This document shows positions 63,262 to 64,000 of a stretch of DNA of 64,000 bases, one piece after another. The DNA is taken from the NCBI GenBank assembly GCA_016124645.1, contig WGNE01000019.1, forward strand, positions 25,699 to 89,698, read 5' to 3'. Source of the stretch: Alphaproteobacteria bacterium (GTDB lineage Bacteria; Pseudomonadota; Alphaproteobacteria; Micavibrionales; UBA2020). How positions within the stretch are numbered: position 1 is the stretch's first letter; each line of letters opens with the position of its first letter. Both the position numbers and the translations under genes were made by a program. The notes beneath the pieces are model-generated. The model did no database searches, was not told the origin of the DNA, and saw only the letters and a program-made list of their open reading frames with translations.

Positions 63262-64000
63262 ATGACGGATGTTTCAAAGACCAATACGGATAAAATCGCG
63301 ACGCGCGAGGACGCGCTGCCGCTCTACGCCCCGCCGCCCGCCGCCTATACGGGCAAGATCGGCGTGGAGGTGGAAATGGCCTTCGTCAAGCCGGGCAAGG
63401 GCAAGCCCGCCATTCCCGGTGCGGATGAAATGCAGGCGTTGCAAACGACGCTGAAGGACAAGGGCTATGACGCGCAGCTGGAGCCCGCAGGGGTGCTGGA
63501 ATACGCGAGCCCGCCAGCAAGCCTCGATGAAATCCCCGCGCTGCTGCAAAAAGTGAAGACGGACCTCGGCGCTTTCGAGGAAGCGGGCAGTGACGCGGGC
63601 TTCATCCGCAGTCCTTTTTCCATCGTGCCGACGACGACGCGCGAAGAGGCGCTCTCCAACATGGTCTCGCGCGAGCGGCTGCAGGTCAGTTTAAAAGCCA
63701 TGCAGGAACTTTTCAGCCCCGAGACGCTGCGCCTGCCCATGCTGACCACCAGCGTGCAGACCAGCTTCAGCCCGAAAGACGCGGAAGAGATGTTCCGCAT
63801 GGCCTACCGCGCCTATGCGATGACCCCACTGTTGATGGCGGCGACGAACGCATCATCCAACTTCATCGTGAACGAAGACGCGCCGCTGGATTACCTGCCG
63901 CGCGGCAAATATTACCTCGGCTACGGCGATGCGGGCGGCATCTCGCCCGCTTTCCTGAAATCGGGCAACGGGGAGGAATTCGTCAGGAACCACATCGACG
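63262..64000 (+). CDS. Glutamate-cysteine ligase-like / carboxylate-amine ligase (GCS2-superfamily-like) protein; the C-terminus runs off the window
   Basis: Not in the ORF track because there is no stop in the window. Hand translation from ATG 63262 gives MTDVSKTNTDKIATREDALPLYAPPPAAYTGKIGVEVEMAFVKPG... The GxExE-type N-terminal strand resembles this superfamily. The family call is tentative. Confidence 0.45.
   Translation, partial: MTDVSKTNTDKIATREDALPLYAPPPAAYTGKIGVEVEMAFVKPGKGKPAIPGADEMQALQTTLKDKGYDAQLEPAGVLEYASPPASLDEIPALLQKVKTDLGAFEEAGSDAGFIRSPFSIVPTTTREEALSNMVSRERLQVSLKAMQELFSPETLRLPMLTTSVQTSFSPKDAEEMFRMAYRAYAMTPLLMAATNASSNFIVNEDAPLDYLPRGKYYLGYGDAGGISPAFLKSGNGEEFVRNHID

Noticed and set aside
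1-64000. Search for tRNA/rRNA genes, CRISPR arrays, IS elements, integrases, prophage genes, toxin-antitoxin pairs or known defence-system genes
   Set aside because: None were recognised by eye in any intergenic region or ORF. Intergenic gaps of 100 bp or more were read individually. They contain only promoters, hairpins and REP-like elements.

Overview
The window is a visibly GC-rich, gene-dense (~60 CDS) chromosomal segment. Its content points to an alphaproteobacterium: GcrA, alpha-type AddAB, clpS-clpA, homospermidine synthase, an NDUFA9-like protein, and the conserved block NYN-rpoZ-spoT-DUF2062-acpS-lepB-rnc-era. Most of it is core housekeeping. This includes hldE, clpSA, spoT, rnc/era, addAB, trxA, infC, thrS, gmk, rsmA, surA, uvrD, pal-ybgF-tilS-ftsH, glmM and nadK. 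I found no tRNA, rRNA, CRISPR array, transposase, integrase or phage genes. Many of the long ORFs in the track are antisense shadows typical of high-GC DNA, and I rejected them. Two real genes run off the window edges and are missing from the ORF track: 1-878 (minus strand) and 63262-64000 (plus strand).

The most unusual items are:
1. An edge gene in which a tandem MshEN-type (c-di-GMP-receptor-like) motif pair is fused through one hydrophobic segment to a LapG-family (BTLCP) cysteine protease.
2. A receiver domain fused to a Bacillus-type guanine deaminase, 6 nt downstream of clpA.
3. A divergent pair made of an HExxH protein and a secreted His/Lys-rich mini-protein.
4. A three-thioredoxin array plus an orphan gene behind addAB.
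5. A single-base frameshift splitting homospermidine synthase.
6. infC starting on ATA.
7. Five eukaryote-like repeat proteins (3 ankyrin, 1 Sel1, 1 TPR) scattered among core genes.
8. Two families of GC-rich palindromic (REP-like) elements.

All functional calls come from reading the translations against remembered family signatures. No database search or computation was run.
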